Origin: a virus | Reading direction: 5' to 3' (one strand) | IMG/VR virus record: IMGVR_UViG_3300032291_001290 | Span: 37,417 to 101,416 of that record | Length of the DNA: 64,000 nt | In this document: in pieces, positions 40,401-50,298 of the stretch | How positions within the stretch are numbered: position 1 is the stretch's first letter | Layout of the letters: each line of letters opens with the position of its first letter | Notes under the pieces: model-generated | Told to the model about the DNA's origin: nothing | Databases searched by the model: none | Seen by the model: the letters and a program-made list of their open reading frames with translations, nothing else | Program-made: the position numbers and the translations under genes

Positions 40401-41090
40401 ATGCATTCTACAATTTTTGAAACAGCACCAACATATAGAAGTGCCGAAGAAATTAATTCAGCAATGGGTCGTGTCTATGGACATATGAGTTTAGCAGTTA
40501 TTGTGTCCATGCTAGTTAGTTACTGGGTAGGAACTACACCAGAATTATTGCAGTTCTTTTTTACCGGTATAACAAAATGGATTGTAATTTTTGCGCCGTT
40601 ATTAGCAATATTTGGCATTTCTGCGGTACTAGCTAACAATCCTAGTAAAGGTATAGCACAATTATGCTTGCATAGTTTTGCGGCATTAATGGGATTAAGT
40701 TTTGCTACAATCTTTGCTATATTCACAATGGGCAGTATTGTGTCAGCTTTTATGGGTGCGGCAATACTATTTGGAGTTATGAGTTTTTATGGTTACTTTA
40801 CTAAGCGTAGTTTAGATAGTATGGGCAAATTTATGTTTGTTGGCTTGATTGCAATCGTGATTGCTAGTATAATCAACATCTTTATAGGATCAACTGTGAT
40901 GCAAATGGTAATTTCAGCATTAGCTATCATTATCTTTTTGGGATTAACTGCATATGATACACAGAAGATACGTGAAGAACTAAGTGAAGATACTGCACCA
41001 GCCGCAGAAGTCAGTGGTGCATTAACTCTATATATGGATTTTATTAACTTGTTTATTAACTTACTACAAATATTCGGCGACCGTAAATGA
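40401..41090 (+). CDS. Bax inhibitor-1/YccA family membrane protein
   Basis: About 7 TM segments, LTAYDTQKI and GALTLYMDFINLF motifs. Confidence 0.92.
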   Translation: MHSTIFETAPTYRSAEEINSAMGRVYGHMSLAVIVSMLVSYWVGTTPELLQFFFTGITKWIVIFAPLLAIFGISAVLANNPSKGIAQLCLHSFAALMGLSFATIFAIFTMGSIVSAFMGAAILFGVMSFYGYFTKRSLDSMGKFMFVGLIAIVIASIINIFIGSTVMQMVISALAIIIFLGLTAYDTQKIREELSEDTAPAAEVSGALTLYMDFINLFINLLQIFGDRK

Positions 41091-42013
41091 AAAATCAACT
41101 TTGGGTAGAAAAGTATCGTCCTAGTTCAATCAATGATTATGTATTCGTTGATGAACGGCAAAAGCAACAAGTAGAAGGTTGGATCAAAGATGGTTCTATT
41201 CCTCACTTGTTATTCTCAGGTGATCCGGGTACAGGTAAAACTACACTTGCAAAAGTCTTAATCAAAGAGTTGGGCGTAGAAGATTATGATGTAATGGAAA
41301 TCAATGCAAGTCGTGAAAACGGCGTTGCGATTGTTAGAGAAAAAATCAATGGCTTTGCACAAACAATGCCCTTTGGTAAATTCAAAGTAATTCTGTTAGA
41401 TGAAGCAGATTACACTTCATCGGAATTTCAAGCGGCATTACGTAATGATATGGAAGCATATGCACAAACTGTTCGTTTTATCTTAACATGTAATTACGAG
41501 CATAAAATTATCCCTGCATTGCGAGAAAGTCGTTGTCATAAATTTCACATTGCAAAGCCAGATCGTACAGAATTTACTGCACGTGCGGCTACTGTATTAG
41601 TAAGCGAAAATGTAGAATTTGATTTAGATAATTTAGACAGCTATGTGCGTGTAAGTTATCCAGACTTGCGTAAATGTCTGAATCAGTTACAAGTAAATAG
41701 CAGTACTGGCAAGTTGTTGGCACCACAAGCAGAAGGAAATAGCGAACATGAGTTGTTGTTGGAAGCAACAGCCCTATTTAAGTCTGGTAAAATACTTGAG
41801 GGTCGCCAACAATTAATGCAGTATATCGCACTCTATCCTACACGTATTGAAGATACATACAAATGGATGTATGACAATCTAGATTTGTGGGGTAAGACGC
41901 AAGAGAAACGTGATGCAAGTATTATCGTTATTCGTAACGGTCTTGCAAACTTGCCATTAGTTGGTATCCCTGAGATATCAATGGCAGCAACATTAGTAGA
42001 ACTAACAACATGA
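41087..42013 (+). CDS. Sliding-clamp loader AAA+ subunit (gp44/RFC small subunit)
   Basis: WVEKYRP, GDPGTGKTT, EINAS, ILLDEAD, SRC. Confidence 0.92.
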   Translation: MKNQLWVEKYRPSSINDYVFVDERQKQQVEGWIKDGSIPHLLFSGDPGTGKTTLAKVLIKELGVEDYDVMEINASRENGVAIVREKINGFAQTMPFGKFKVILLDEADYTSSEFQAALRNDMEAYAQTVRFILTCNYEHKIIPALRESRCHKFHIAKPDRTEFTARAATVLVSENVEFDLDNLDSYVRVSYPDLRKCLNQLQVNSSTGKLLAPQAEGNSEHELLLEATALFKSGKILEGRQQLMQYIALYPTRIEDTYKWMYDNLDLWGKTQEKRDASIIVIRNGLANLPLVGIPEISMAATLVELTT

Positions 42014-42276
42014 GATACTTATTAATAACATTTATAAGAAAACCAAACGGTCAAATTGATGAACAAGTTACCATCAGTAAAAAAGTACGCACATCCGATA
42101 TACAGTCTTGCAACGTTATCCTAGATTATGCTAAAAAGAAAATTGATAAATGTGTTATTGAGGGTAAAGTAGTTGATAGTGATTGGGTTAAAATGAATGA
42201 ATATTACAAACGTATTTATCCTACATTAATTGACCAGCTTGAAAAAGCAAATAATGACGCCACACAAAAAGTTTGA
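42010..42276 (+). CDS. Hypothetical protein
   Basis: 88-aa ORF with ATGA overlap. Confidence 0.65.
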   Translation: MRYLLITFIRKPNGQIDEQVTISKKVRTSDIQSCNVILDYAKKKIDKCVIEGKVVDSDWVKMNEYYKRIYPTLIDQLEKANNDATQKV

Positions 42277-43171
42277 AGTAAATTTTACTGACAACATAAC
42301 CATTACCTATAATTTAGTAGATAACATTGTAGTTGACCAATGGTCTAACTTAATACAACAACATACCATTGAAGATTGCTGTCCCATAAATCATTATATA
42401 GGGTATGCTAGTGAAGAATTAGTTAATGTTAGGATACAACGATTATATCAATTAGCAGATATTATTAATGATAATGCACCTGATCGTGTAATTAAACAAG
42501 AAATAAATAAAAATAATTGGAAACATGCACTGCAACTTATGCATGTGCATTTTCCTGATTTAAAGAATGACGAACATTACAAACATCTATGGGATTATTT
42601 AACAGAATATAATGATATTATTCATTGGTTAGAATCATCTTTTTTTAATATTTGGTCACCTAATAGACATCCTTCACCTTCAAGTGCATTTAGGATGAAT
42701 TTAGATTTAAATAAATCAACAACAAAAAGACTTTTTATTCCCGAAGAATCGTATAAACTATTCACTAGTTATTATAAATTTGGTGACTTGATGTTACATT
42801 ATTGTCATGTAGGTAAACATGCACAAGAACTTTTCATAACTGATGACTTTGAATGCCCCAAAGATCAATTTGTTCCACAGCGTGAGTTTACTGCAAGCGT
42901 ACGGATGCATTTTTTTGATTACTTTCTATCATTAAAAGAAAAACAAATTGAGTATGATGAAAGATGGAAGAAGTTTTACAAAGCAAAAGGTGGATTTGAT
43001 TATTTTGGGATAGATATAGATGATCCAAAAATTGCTTTTGGATATTTAAAAATAGGCGAAATTGAGAGTATTAGTGATAGGTCAATACCAATCACCCTAG
43101 CTGAATTAAATTCTTTTAGGGATAAGTTAGTCAATACACAAATTATTAATTGGAATATAAAAGGGGCATAA
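42254..43171 (+). CDS. Hypothetical protein
   Basis: About 305-aa ORF; no recognised motif. Confidence 0.65.
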   Translation: MTPHKKFEVNFTDNITITYNLVDNIVVDQWSNLIQQHTIEDCCPINHYIGYASEELVNVRIQRLYQLADIINDNAPDRVIKQEINKNNWKHALQLMHVHFPDLKNDEHYKHLWDYLTEYNDIIHWLESSFFNIWSPNRHPSPSSAFRMNLDLNKSTTKRLFIPEESYKLFTSYYKFGDLMLHYCHVGKHAQELFITDDFECPKDQFVPQREFTASVRMHFFDYFLSLKEKQIEYDERWKKFYKAKGGFDYFGIDIDDPKIAFGYLKIGEIESISDRSIPITLAELNSFRDKLVNTQIINWNIKGA

Positions 43172-43182
43172 AGCCCCTTTTA
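43156..43182. terminator. Bidirectional terminator between convergent genes
   Basis: ATAAAAGGGGC-ATAAA-GCCCCTTTTAT. Confidence 0.85.
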
Positions 43183-43184
43183 TT

Positions 43185-43973
43185 TTATGCGTACATTCTA
43201 AGTACGTGTTCAATAATCTTATGACGTTGAACATCTTTCAGTTCAAAGTGGCATAATTGCAACCCTGGAATCACCCCCTTCCTCAATCGATTTTGTAAGT
43301 CTAGTAGCCCATTGTCGGCTGTTTTTCTATCGGTTTGTTCAATGTCACCAGTAATTACAATCTTACTGTTAACGCCGATTCTAGTCATAATCATTTTGAG
43401 TTGACCAGGAGTTGCATTTTGCGCTTCATCTAATACTATCCAACTATTCTTAAAATTTCTACCTCGACAAAATGCTAGGGGCGCAATCTCCACTATTTGT
43501 TCTTCTAGCATGTGGGTAATTTCCTTAGTGGTATAATACTCACGCAATACGTCTAATAACGGTCTAGTCCACGGTTCCATCTTTTGATTGATATCCCCGG
43601 GCAAGAATCCATGTTTTTCATCATCAACACCTATAGCAGGTCGTGTCAATATAATTCTATCACAGTCACCACTTCTTAAGGCTTTGATTGCTGCCTGCAT
43701 AGCCAAGTATGTTTTACCCGTGCCTGCTGGACCTGAAACAACCACTATATCTGTGGATTCGTCTAGTAAAGCTAGGATGTATTTTTCTTGGTTTAAAGAT
43801 TTTGGGACTAGTTGAACGGGTTTTGTGTTTACCCGCATAATCTTGTGTGCTTGTGAGAAATCTATTGTTTTTGACTCTTTCGTATAAAATGTTTGCTCAT
43901 CTTTTTTTCTGCTGTGTGAAAATCGTGTGTCTTGTTCCGGTGTGCGTAATGCGCTTGTTTTACGTTTGCTCAA
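43185..43973 (-). CDS. phoH: PhoH-family ATPase
   Basis: GPAGTGKTYLA, LTRP, GFLPGD, PLAFCRGR, LDEAQN, TGD.EQ.D, DVQRH; likely TTG start after GGAG. Confidence 0.95.
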   Translation of the reverse strand: MSKRKTSALRTPEQDTRFSHSRKKDEQTFYTKESKTIDFSQAHKIMRVNTKPVQLVPKSLNQEKYILALLDESTDIVVVSGPAGTGKTYLAMQAAIKALRSGDCDRIILTRPAIGVDDEKHGFLPGDINQKMEPWTRPLLDVLREYYTTKEITHMLEEQIVEIAPLAFCRGRNFKNSWIVLDEAQNATPGQLKMIMTRIGVNSKIVITGDIEQTDRKTADNGLLDLQNRLRKGVIPGLQLCHFELKDVQRHKIIEHVLRMYA

Positions 43974-44145
43974 GTTATTTCTCCTTTTTAAGAGCATGAA
44001 TGCTCATAACATTCAAATCTATTTAAGAGGCTATTCACTATGCAAAGTAGCATACTTTTAACACATTCTTTTAGACTAAATATTAGGCTGCATGGCACCA
44101 AAGACTCTTATTAGTGCTAATATTCAATTAAAGATAAATATAATA

Positions 44146-44754
44146 ATGAAGCACCATGAAACAGCAGACAACTTTTTTGATAATGTTGATTACGTTAGTA
44201 TAATCAGCACAGTAAAAGGTATTTTTACCAGTGATGGTTCTATGAACACTCTTTTAGATTATGAAAGAGTATTAGACGAATCAGATTTATACGCCTTTAG
44301 AAATTGGGATTTAGGCGAGTTGGTCCAAGGACCTAATGTCCGTAGATATACAGTTAGTTGTATTTTCATGTGGCCATATAATTTGATGCCTGATCCAAAA
44401 GGTGCTAAAAGATTAGTTTCAATTGGTTGTAAAGTAAAGTTTGCAAAATCAAAGATTGAAGTTCCTGTAGAAGTAAAAGACTATGACGATTACAAGCCGG
44501 GAACAAGATATCCTAAAATGGCTCCTAGAAAAGTTTGGTTTGTTTACATTGAAGTTCCTAAAGATTTATTAGATGATATTAAAGAAGGTTCAATTGACTT
44601 AGCCGGCGACACGATTGACCTACAAGAAATCGATGACGCATACGATAAAGACTTACAAAAAGATGATAATTTAGATGACGGGCAAAACGGCCAATCATTA
44701 CCAGCAGATGCCGGTATGATGGCACCTCCGCAAGCGCCCCCGCCGCCCGTTTAA
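44146..44754 (+). CDS. Hypothetical late protein
   Basis: ATG 5 nt after GATAAATA (44133). Confidence 0.7.
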   Translation: MKHHETADNFFDNVDYVSIISTVKGIFTSDGSMNTLLDYERVLDESDLYAFRNWDLGELVQGPNVRRYTVSCIFMWPYNLMPDPKGAKRLVSIGCKVKFAKSKIEVPVEVKDYDDYKPGTRYPKMAPRKVWFVYIEVPKDLLDDIKEGSIDLAGDTIDLQEIDDAYDKDLQKDDNLDDGQNGQSLPADAGMMAPPQAPPPPV

Positions 44755-44763
44755 AGGTAAAGT

Positions 44764-45312
44764 ATGAATAAAAGAATTATTAATGAAGGCTTAGATTATC
44801 TAGATATGGTAGATCAAATAGAACCTAACGTTTCTGTAGATGAGTATGCGGCAAAAATGGGTAGAGATAGTGAGATTGTAACACTAGCATTCATTGTTAC
44901 GAGTGAAGCCGCAGGAAATGATTTAGTTGATTGGTTTGAACGTGGGTATGATTGGATACTTGATGCTAGTTTAAGTGATGGTCAATTAGCGCCAGGGCAG
45001 TATTTAGTATTTGTAGAAATGAAACGCAGAAGTAAAGTACCCGAAAGAATTGTAGAATTGTTAGAAGATTTAAAAACATTAACTGACATGGATTTAGACG
45101 AATGGACAGTTGAAGTTAATCAAGAAGAATATGAACCTGACGTTGAACAGTTAAAACAAGTTATCACTATAAGCCCACATGAATATCGTGTGGAAGAAGA
45201 AAGTGAAGAAGAATTAAACGAAATGCGTCAGAAAGCAGGGCTTGAACCAGTTAAAGTTTTACCAGAACAAGATGCTGAGTTAAGAGCCTTTAAATCTATG
45301 GCAGGATTATAA
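44764..45312 (+). CDS. Acidic hypothetical head-associated protein
   Basis: MNKRIINE N-terminus; xxAGL motifs near C-terminus. Confidence 0.65.
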   Translation: MNKRIINEGLDYLDMVDQIEPNVSVDEYAAKMGRDSEIVTLAFIVTSEAAGNDLVDWFERGYDWILDASLSDGQLAPGQYLVFVEMKRRSKVPERIVELLEDLKTLTDMDLDEWTVEVNQEEYEPDVEQLKQVITISPHEYRVEEESEEELNEMRQKAGLEPVKVLPEQDAELRAFKSMAGL

Positions 45313-45313
45313 T

Positions 45314-45925
45314 ATGACAAAAACAATATTACCCAAAAAATCAGGATTTGAAAATCCATTAGCAACTAACGATGATCATCACGAAGCATTAGCAAGTGAT
45401 CCTAGTATTGCTCAATTCCCTCAAGGTAGCTCATTCGGAGATATAAATGCAACAACCAACATATTTGCCGGGTCTGCAACATCTGGCCTACCTTCGACAG
45501 GAGGGTTCGGTTCCAGTAACTTTGGTACATCAAGTTCGGGATTTGGTGCAGTACCGCCCACAACAGGATTCGGAAGTACAACAAATATTAATCAATCAAC
45601 CGGTAGTCAACCAGTATTGACAGGTGCGGCTCCTACTAATGCAGCCAGCGGTGCAGACGTATTAGTAACTAACGACAATACAGATTGGATTAATAAAAAA
45701 TGGCGTCCATTTATGGGTTGGATCTATATGCTAACTTGTACTATGGATTTTGTTGTGTTCCCTGTACTATGGAGTTTACTACAAGCACTGACACACGGTA
45801 ATGTAACTAGTCAATGGCAACCCTTAACATTGCAGGGTGCAGGCTTGTATCATATTGCGATGGGTGCTGTTCTTGGTATCGCAGCCTATGGACGCACAAA
45901 AGAAAAGATTGAAGGAAAATCTTAA
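45314..45925 (+). CDS. Holin of 3TMs family-like membrane protein
   Basis: WINKKWRPFMGW.Y...C..DF..FP and GAVLGIAAYGRT.EKI after G/S/T-rich tail. Confidence 0.7.
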   Translation: MTKTILPKKSGFENPLATNDDHHEALASDPSIAQFPQGSSFGDINATTNIFAGSATSGLPSTGGFGSSNFGTSSSGFGAVPPTTGFGSTTNINQSTGSQPVLTGAAPTNAASGADVLVTNDNTDWINKKWRPFMGWIYMLTCTMDFVVFPVLWSLLQALTHGNVTSQWQPLTLQGAGLYHIAMGAVLGIAAYGRTKEKIEGKS

Positions 45926-45931
45926 TAAATA

Positions 45932-45960
45932 TTGACAATAGCAATAATATTTGCTATACT
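45932..45960 (+). promoter_or_regulatory. sigma70 promoter TTGACA-N17-TATACT with inverted repeat in spacer
   Basis: TTGACA 45932, TATACT 45955; ATAGCAA-N6-TTGCTAT at 45938-45957. Confidence 0.75.
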
Positions 45961-45966
45961 CAATGA

Positions 45967-46758
45967 ATGGACCATTACGTAACTTTAGGTGTTGATAAAA
46001 ACGCTACACCTGATGATATCAAAAAAGCATATCGCAGATTGGCAAGTAAACATCACCCGGATAAGGGTGGTGATACTTCCACGTTTCAAAAGATTGAAGA
46101 AGCATATCGTATATTAAGCGATCCAAATCAACGACAACAATATGATAACCCTATGCCACAAGGGTTTCATTTTAATCAAGGTACACCCGGTGGTTTCCCA
46201 TTTAGTTCAGGCGGATTTGCTGATTTCTTTGATATGTTTCAGCAACATCAAAATAGACAACAAAGACCACAACAACAAGTTTTTAGAACTAGTGTTCAAA
46301 CAACATTGCAACAAGTATATTTCGGTGAAGAACAAACATTGAAATTACAAACCCCAACTAATACACACTTGATAAAAATTCAAATACCTAAAGGTGTTCA
46401 AAATGGGAATCAAATTAGAATTGATAATGCATTTGACGGTGCTTCATTAATGGTTGAATTTAGAATTCAACCTGATCTTAAGTTTGAAAGAAAGAACCAC
46501 GATTTGGTTTGCAATCATCCAATATCAGTGCTTGATTTGATAACAGGAACTACATTTGAATTTACTACTATTTCGGGAAAAACATTTGAAGTATCTATAA
46601 AACCAAAAACACAACCATACGTGCAATTAAAAATTGCAGGACAGGGTATGCCCGTATACGGTACTAATCAGTACGGAGACCAAATAATATTGCTTAAACC
46701 ATTTGTTCCTGATATAATCGATGAACAAATTGTTACAAGCATTCTTCAATCTAAATAA
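45967..46758 (+). CDS. dnaJ: DnaJ/CbpA-type chaperone (J domain plus C-terminal domain, no Zn finger)
   Basis: IKKAYRRLASKHHPDK J-domain, G/F-rich linker, G.GMP...GD. Confidence 0.9.
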   Translation: MDHYVTLGVDKNATPDDIKKAYRRLASKHHPDKGGDTSTFQKIEEAYRILSDPNQRQQYDNPMPQGFHFNQGTPGGFPFSSGGFADFFDMFQQHQNRQQRPQQQVFRTSVQTTLQQVYFGEEQTLKLQTPTNTHLIKIQIPKGVQNGNQIRIDNAFDGASLMVEFRIQPDLKFERKNHDLVCNHPISVLDLITGTTFEFTTISGKTFEVSIKPKTQPYVQLKIAGQGMPVYGTNQYGDQIILLKPFVPDIIDEQIVTSILQSK

Positions 46759-46773
46759 TAAAAGGAAGTTAAT

Positions 46774-49038
46774 ATGATAAACTCACCAGAAATCGAAAGC
46801 ATCATTGAACAAGCGATTGAATCTGCTAAAACTAGAAAACAACAGTACGTTACTGTTGAACATCTATTACTTGCATTAATTACATATCCCCCATTTAAAA
46901 AATGTGTGGGTGGTTTTGGTGCAGACATTGATACAATGGAACAAGAAATCACTGCATACTTAGATAGCTTACATGCTATTATTTCTGCAACTGATGAAGT
47001 AGTGCCACGCAAAACAAATAGCCTTGAACGTGTTATTAATCGTAGTGTTACGCAAGTATTGTTCACCGGTCGCAGACAAGTAACTACGATTGATTTATAT
47101 CTAAGTATTGCCGCAGAAGGTAATAGCCATGCACATTACTTTCTACTAAAATACGGTATTAATAAAAATGAATTTGTTACATACTGGCAAAAACATTATA
47201 AAGGTGGTGAACATAATTCACATCTTAGCGAAAATCAAGCTGATGAAATATTAGAAGAATACACCATCAACTTATCGCAACTTGCTGAACAAGGTAAACT
47301 TGAACCATTGATTGGTCGTAGCAAAGAACTTGATGATATTGTCAACGTACTAGCTAAACGATTTAAAGCAAACGTATTGATGGTGGGTGACCCGGGTGTT
47401 GGTAAAACTGCTATTGCAGAAGGTCTTGCTAGCTTAATTCAGAATGGTGATGCACCTGAGTTCCTTAAGGATCATGCTGTCTATAGTTTGGAAGTAGGCT
47501 CACTACTTGCAGGAAGTAAATATCGAGGTGACTTTGAGGAAAAAGTAAAAGCAGTATTGGATGCATTGAATACTAAAAAGAAAGCAATTCTTTTCATTGA
47601 CGAAGCACATACTATGCAGGGTGCAGGTTCAGCAAACAATGGTAGTGTTGACTTTGCTAACATGATTAAACCTGCTATCACTAAAGGTACACTAAAGGTT
47701 ATTGCAAGCACGACTTGGGAAGAGTACTACGAAAGTTTTGAGAAGGATCGTGCCTTGATGCGTAGGTTCTATCGTGTAGCAATTGATGAACCCTCCCCTG
47801 ATTCAACTATTAGAATTCTTTCAGGACTTAGTACACGGTTGAATGATTTCCATAGTGTTGAGATTACTGAGGATGCAATTAAAGCCGCAGTAGAATCATC
47901 AGTACGCTATATTCATGACCGCAAGAATCCCGACAAGAGTATTGACTTGCTTGATGCGGCTTGTGCTAAACAACGTGTTGCAGGCAATAAGGGTGCATTG
48001 ATTACTAAAGAACTTGTGTTTGACCAAGTTGAGAAGTTCACAGGTGTGCCGGCAGACAAGATGAAAGGTGATAACTTTGACCTTATCAATAACCTTGAAA
48101 TTAACATCAAAGGTAAATTGTATGGACAGGATGAAACTGTTCAGCAAGTATTGGAACGTATCTATGTTAACTTTGCTGGTATCGGCAATGATACTAAACC
48201 AACAGGTAGTTTCTTGTTCTTAGGTCCAACAGGTACAGGTAAAACAGAACTGGCTAAGTTGTTAAGTAAGAATCTTGACATGCCATTGCTCAAATATGAT
48301 ATGAGTGAATACAGTGAGAAACATTCAGTCTCAAGTTTGATCGGCCCTCCCCCTGGTTATGTTGGCTTTGGTGATAGTCAAGTTGGTGGTGGTCGTTTGA
48401 TTAGCGACTTGAGTAAGAACCCGCATGCTATCATGTTGTTTGACGAAGTTGAGAAAGCACACCCTGATATCTTTAACATCTTCCTACAGATGCTGGATGA
48501 AGGTCAGATTACAGGTAGTAACGGTAAGAAAGTTAATTGTAAAAATGCTATCATCATTATGACTAGTAATTTAGGCAGTTCTGACGGTGAACGCAATAAC
48601 ATTGGTTTTGGTTCACAAGAAAAACAGGGAGAAGATGATAAAGCATTAAAAGAATTCTTTAAACCTGAGTTTAGAAACCGTGTTGATTTGATTTGTAAAT
48701 TCAATAAACTTGACACACTTGCTATTAAGAAGATTGTAATTAAGTTTACTGATGACTTGAAAAAGAGCCTCATCGAAAAACATAACATTAGTCTTGCACT
48801 TACTGAACCCGTTATCAATTATTTGGCTGAGCAAGGATATGATAAAAAGATGGGCGCACGTCCACTATCACGCAAAATTGATGAATTAATTAGGGTACCG
48901 TTAAGTAAAAAAGTATTGTTTGAGCGAATCAAAAATAGTACAATTACTGTTATTATGAATGAAGATAAAGTTGATTTTACAGTTGCACAAAAACTCACAG
49001 CTAAGGTAAATGAAAATGGGATTATTGAAGTCAGTTGA
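46774..49038 (+). CDS. clpA: ClpA-like AAA+ chaperone
   Basis: Clp N-domain EHLLLAL, Walker A motifs GDPGVGKT and GPTGTGKTE, KYRGDFEE, PPGYVG, IGF loop, GARPL. Confidence 0.92.
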   Translation: MINSPEIESIIEQAIESAKTRKQQYVTVEHLLLALITYPPFKKCVGGFGADIDTMEQEITAYLDSLHAIISATDEVVPRKTNSLERVINRSVTQVLFTGRRQVTTIDLYLSIAAEGNSHAHYFLLKYGINKNEFVTYWQKHYKGGEHNSHLSENQADEILEEYTINLSQLAEQGKLEPLIGRSKELDDIVNVLAKRFKANVLMVGDPGVGKTAIAEGLASLIQNGDAPEFLKDHAVYSLEVGSLLAGSKYRGDFEEKVKAVLDALNTKKKAILFIDEAHTMQGAGSANNGSVDFANMIKPAITKGTLKVIASTTWEEYYESFEKDRALMRRFYRVAIDEPSPDSTIRILSGLSTRLNDFHSVEITEDAIKAAVESSVRYIHDRKNPDKSIDLLDAACAKQRVAGNKGALITKELVFDQVEKFTGVPADKMKGDNFDLINNLEINIKGKLYGQDETVQQVLERIYVNFAGIGNDTKPTGSFLFLGPTGTGKTELAKLLSKNLDMPLLKYDMSEYSEKHSVSSLIGPPPGYVGFGDSQVGGGRLISDLSKNPHAIMLFDEVEKAHPDIFNIFLQMLDEGQITGSNGKKVNCKNAIIIMTSNLGSSDGERNNIGFGSQEKQGEDDKALKEFFKPEFRNRVDLICKFNKLDTLAIKKIVIKFTDDLKKSLIEKHNISLALTEPVINYLAEQGYDKKMGARPLSRKIDELIRVPLSKKVLFERIKNSTITVIMNEDKVDFTVAQKLTAKVNENGIIEVS

Positions 49039-49735
49039 TAACGTTCCGGGAATCGATTTTTACGATTACCGCGATGATGATTATTACAACAAATACGCAT
49101 ACAGGGTACGGTTTCGTTTACCCGGTGTGCGTTATACGTGGTATGCAAAATCTGTAGAAGACTTTATGACTCGGTATAATGCAACTACTGGTTGGCAAGT
49201 AATTCATAAAAAAGATAAACCTGATGTTACTAAAAATCTAGAAGCTATAAAAGCCTATATTGAATGGAGAAATCTCAAACGTTTAGAAAAATCTGCAACC
49301 ATTCGAATTGAAAGTGATACAGTTGCTATTTTTTGCAATGATTTATCTTTGTTAAAAACAATTGAAACCATTGATGCTAATCTAGCATATGATTACACTG
49401 AGGTTCAAAAATCAAATTTTGCAGGGGTAAAGCATTTTGTAAATGAACCCAAATATCCCTACAGAATTTATTTAAAATCAAAAGTTATACCACAAAACTT
49501 TTGTAAAGATTTAAAAGAGTTGTTTGGTAGAACAAAATCCCTGCATCCAAGTAATGCATTGAGAATATGGTTAAACGGCTATAATAATGCTTCTAGTGGT
49601 TGGCGGTATAGATATTCTAGTTCAAGTCATTTTATTGACTATGATAATGAAAGCACATTGAGTTATCTAGCATTAATGCACGGAGAACATCTTGGAAAAC
49701 GATATAAATTAGAAAAGCGTCCAGAACCTGTCTAG
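49016..49735 (+). CDS. Hypothetical protein
   Basis: About 240-aa ORF overlapping end of clpA. Confidence 0.65.
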   Translation: MGLLKSVDNVPGIDFYDYRDDDYYNKYAYRVRFRLPGVRYTWYAKSVEDFMTRYNATTGWQVIHKKDKPDVTKNLEAIKAYIEWRNLKRLEKSATIRIESDTVAIFCNDLSLLKTIETIDANLAYDYTEVQKSNFAGVKHFVNEPKYPYRIYLKSKVIPQNFCKDLKELFGRTKSLHPSNALRIWLNGYNNASSGWRYRYSSSSHFIDYDNESTLSYLALMHGEHLGKRYKLEKRPEPV

Positions 49736-49767
49736 AATGATAAATACTCTATAATGGAGTATTTTTC

Positions 49768-49935
49768 ATGGCAAAGATTGTAGAGGACGTTATCGTCATT
49801 AAATTTAGCAAAATCGTCAAGGACAGTGAAACAGACGTTTCTGGCATCGCTGGTCATGACATTCAACAAGCATTAGAGCAAGTAGCACAAGAACTAGTTG
49901 GTGACACGGTAGTAGTGGAAGTGGTACGAGCATAA
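49768..49935 (+). CDS. Small protein (55 aa, not in ORF track)
   Basis: MAKIVEDVIVIKFSKIVKDSETDVSGIAGHDIQQALEQVAQELVGDTVVVEVVRA; GGAG RBS, late promoter 49739, TAATG coupling to next gene. Confidence 0.75.
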   Translation: MAKIVEDVIVIKFSKIVKDSETDVSGIAGHDIQQALEQVAQELVGDTVVVEVVRA

Positions 49936-50297
49936 TGAGCCAAACTACTACCCTTATACTGTTACCTCAAACTGCTTATCAGAATCCTGGTAACGGGGCA
50001 CCTTATACAGTAACAGGTAATGCACAGCCTGCGGCTGCATACTATTTGGGTAACAGAGACCTTCAAACAGTTAATATCAACTTAACTAATTGTACTGGGA
50101 ACATTGTTATCCAAGCAAGTTTAGCATCAAATCCTAATAATACAGATTGGTTTAATGTGTATACATTAGAAGCTAATAGTGAGCAAAATGCAAACGCAAG
50201 CGTTTATACCAATATACAAGGTAATTTTGTTTATATGAGGGCTAAGGTAGAAGACTTCCAACAAGGAATAGTCAATTTCGTAAAATTGAGCTACTAA
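49935..50297 (+). CDS. Small beta-rich virion protein
   Basis: G.IVIQASL..P...DWF.V and GNFVYMRA pattern. Confidence 0.6.
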   Translation: MSQTTTLILLPQTAYQNPGNGAPYTVTGNAQPAAAYYLGNRDLQTVNINLTNCTGNIVIQASLASNPNNTDWFNVYTLEANSEQNANASVYTNIQGNFVYMRAKVEDFQQGIVNFVKLSY

Positions 50298-50298
50298 A

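Noticed and set aside
45938-45957. CIRCE (HrcA) element before dnaJ
   Set aside because: Shares only TAGCA/TGCTA; arm sequence and spacing differ from TTAGCACTC-N9-GAGTGCTAA
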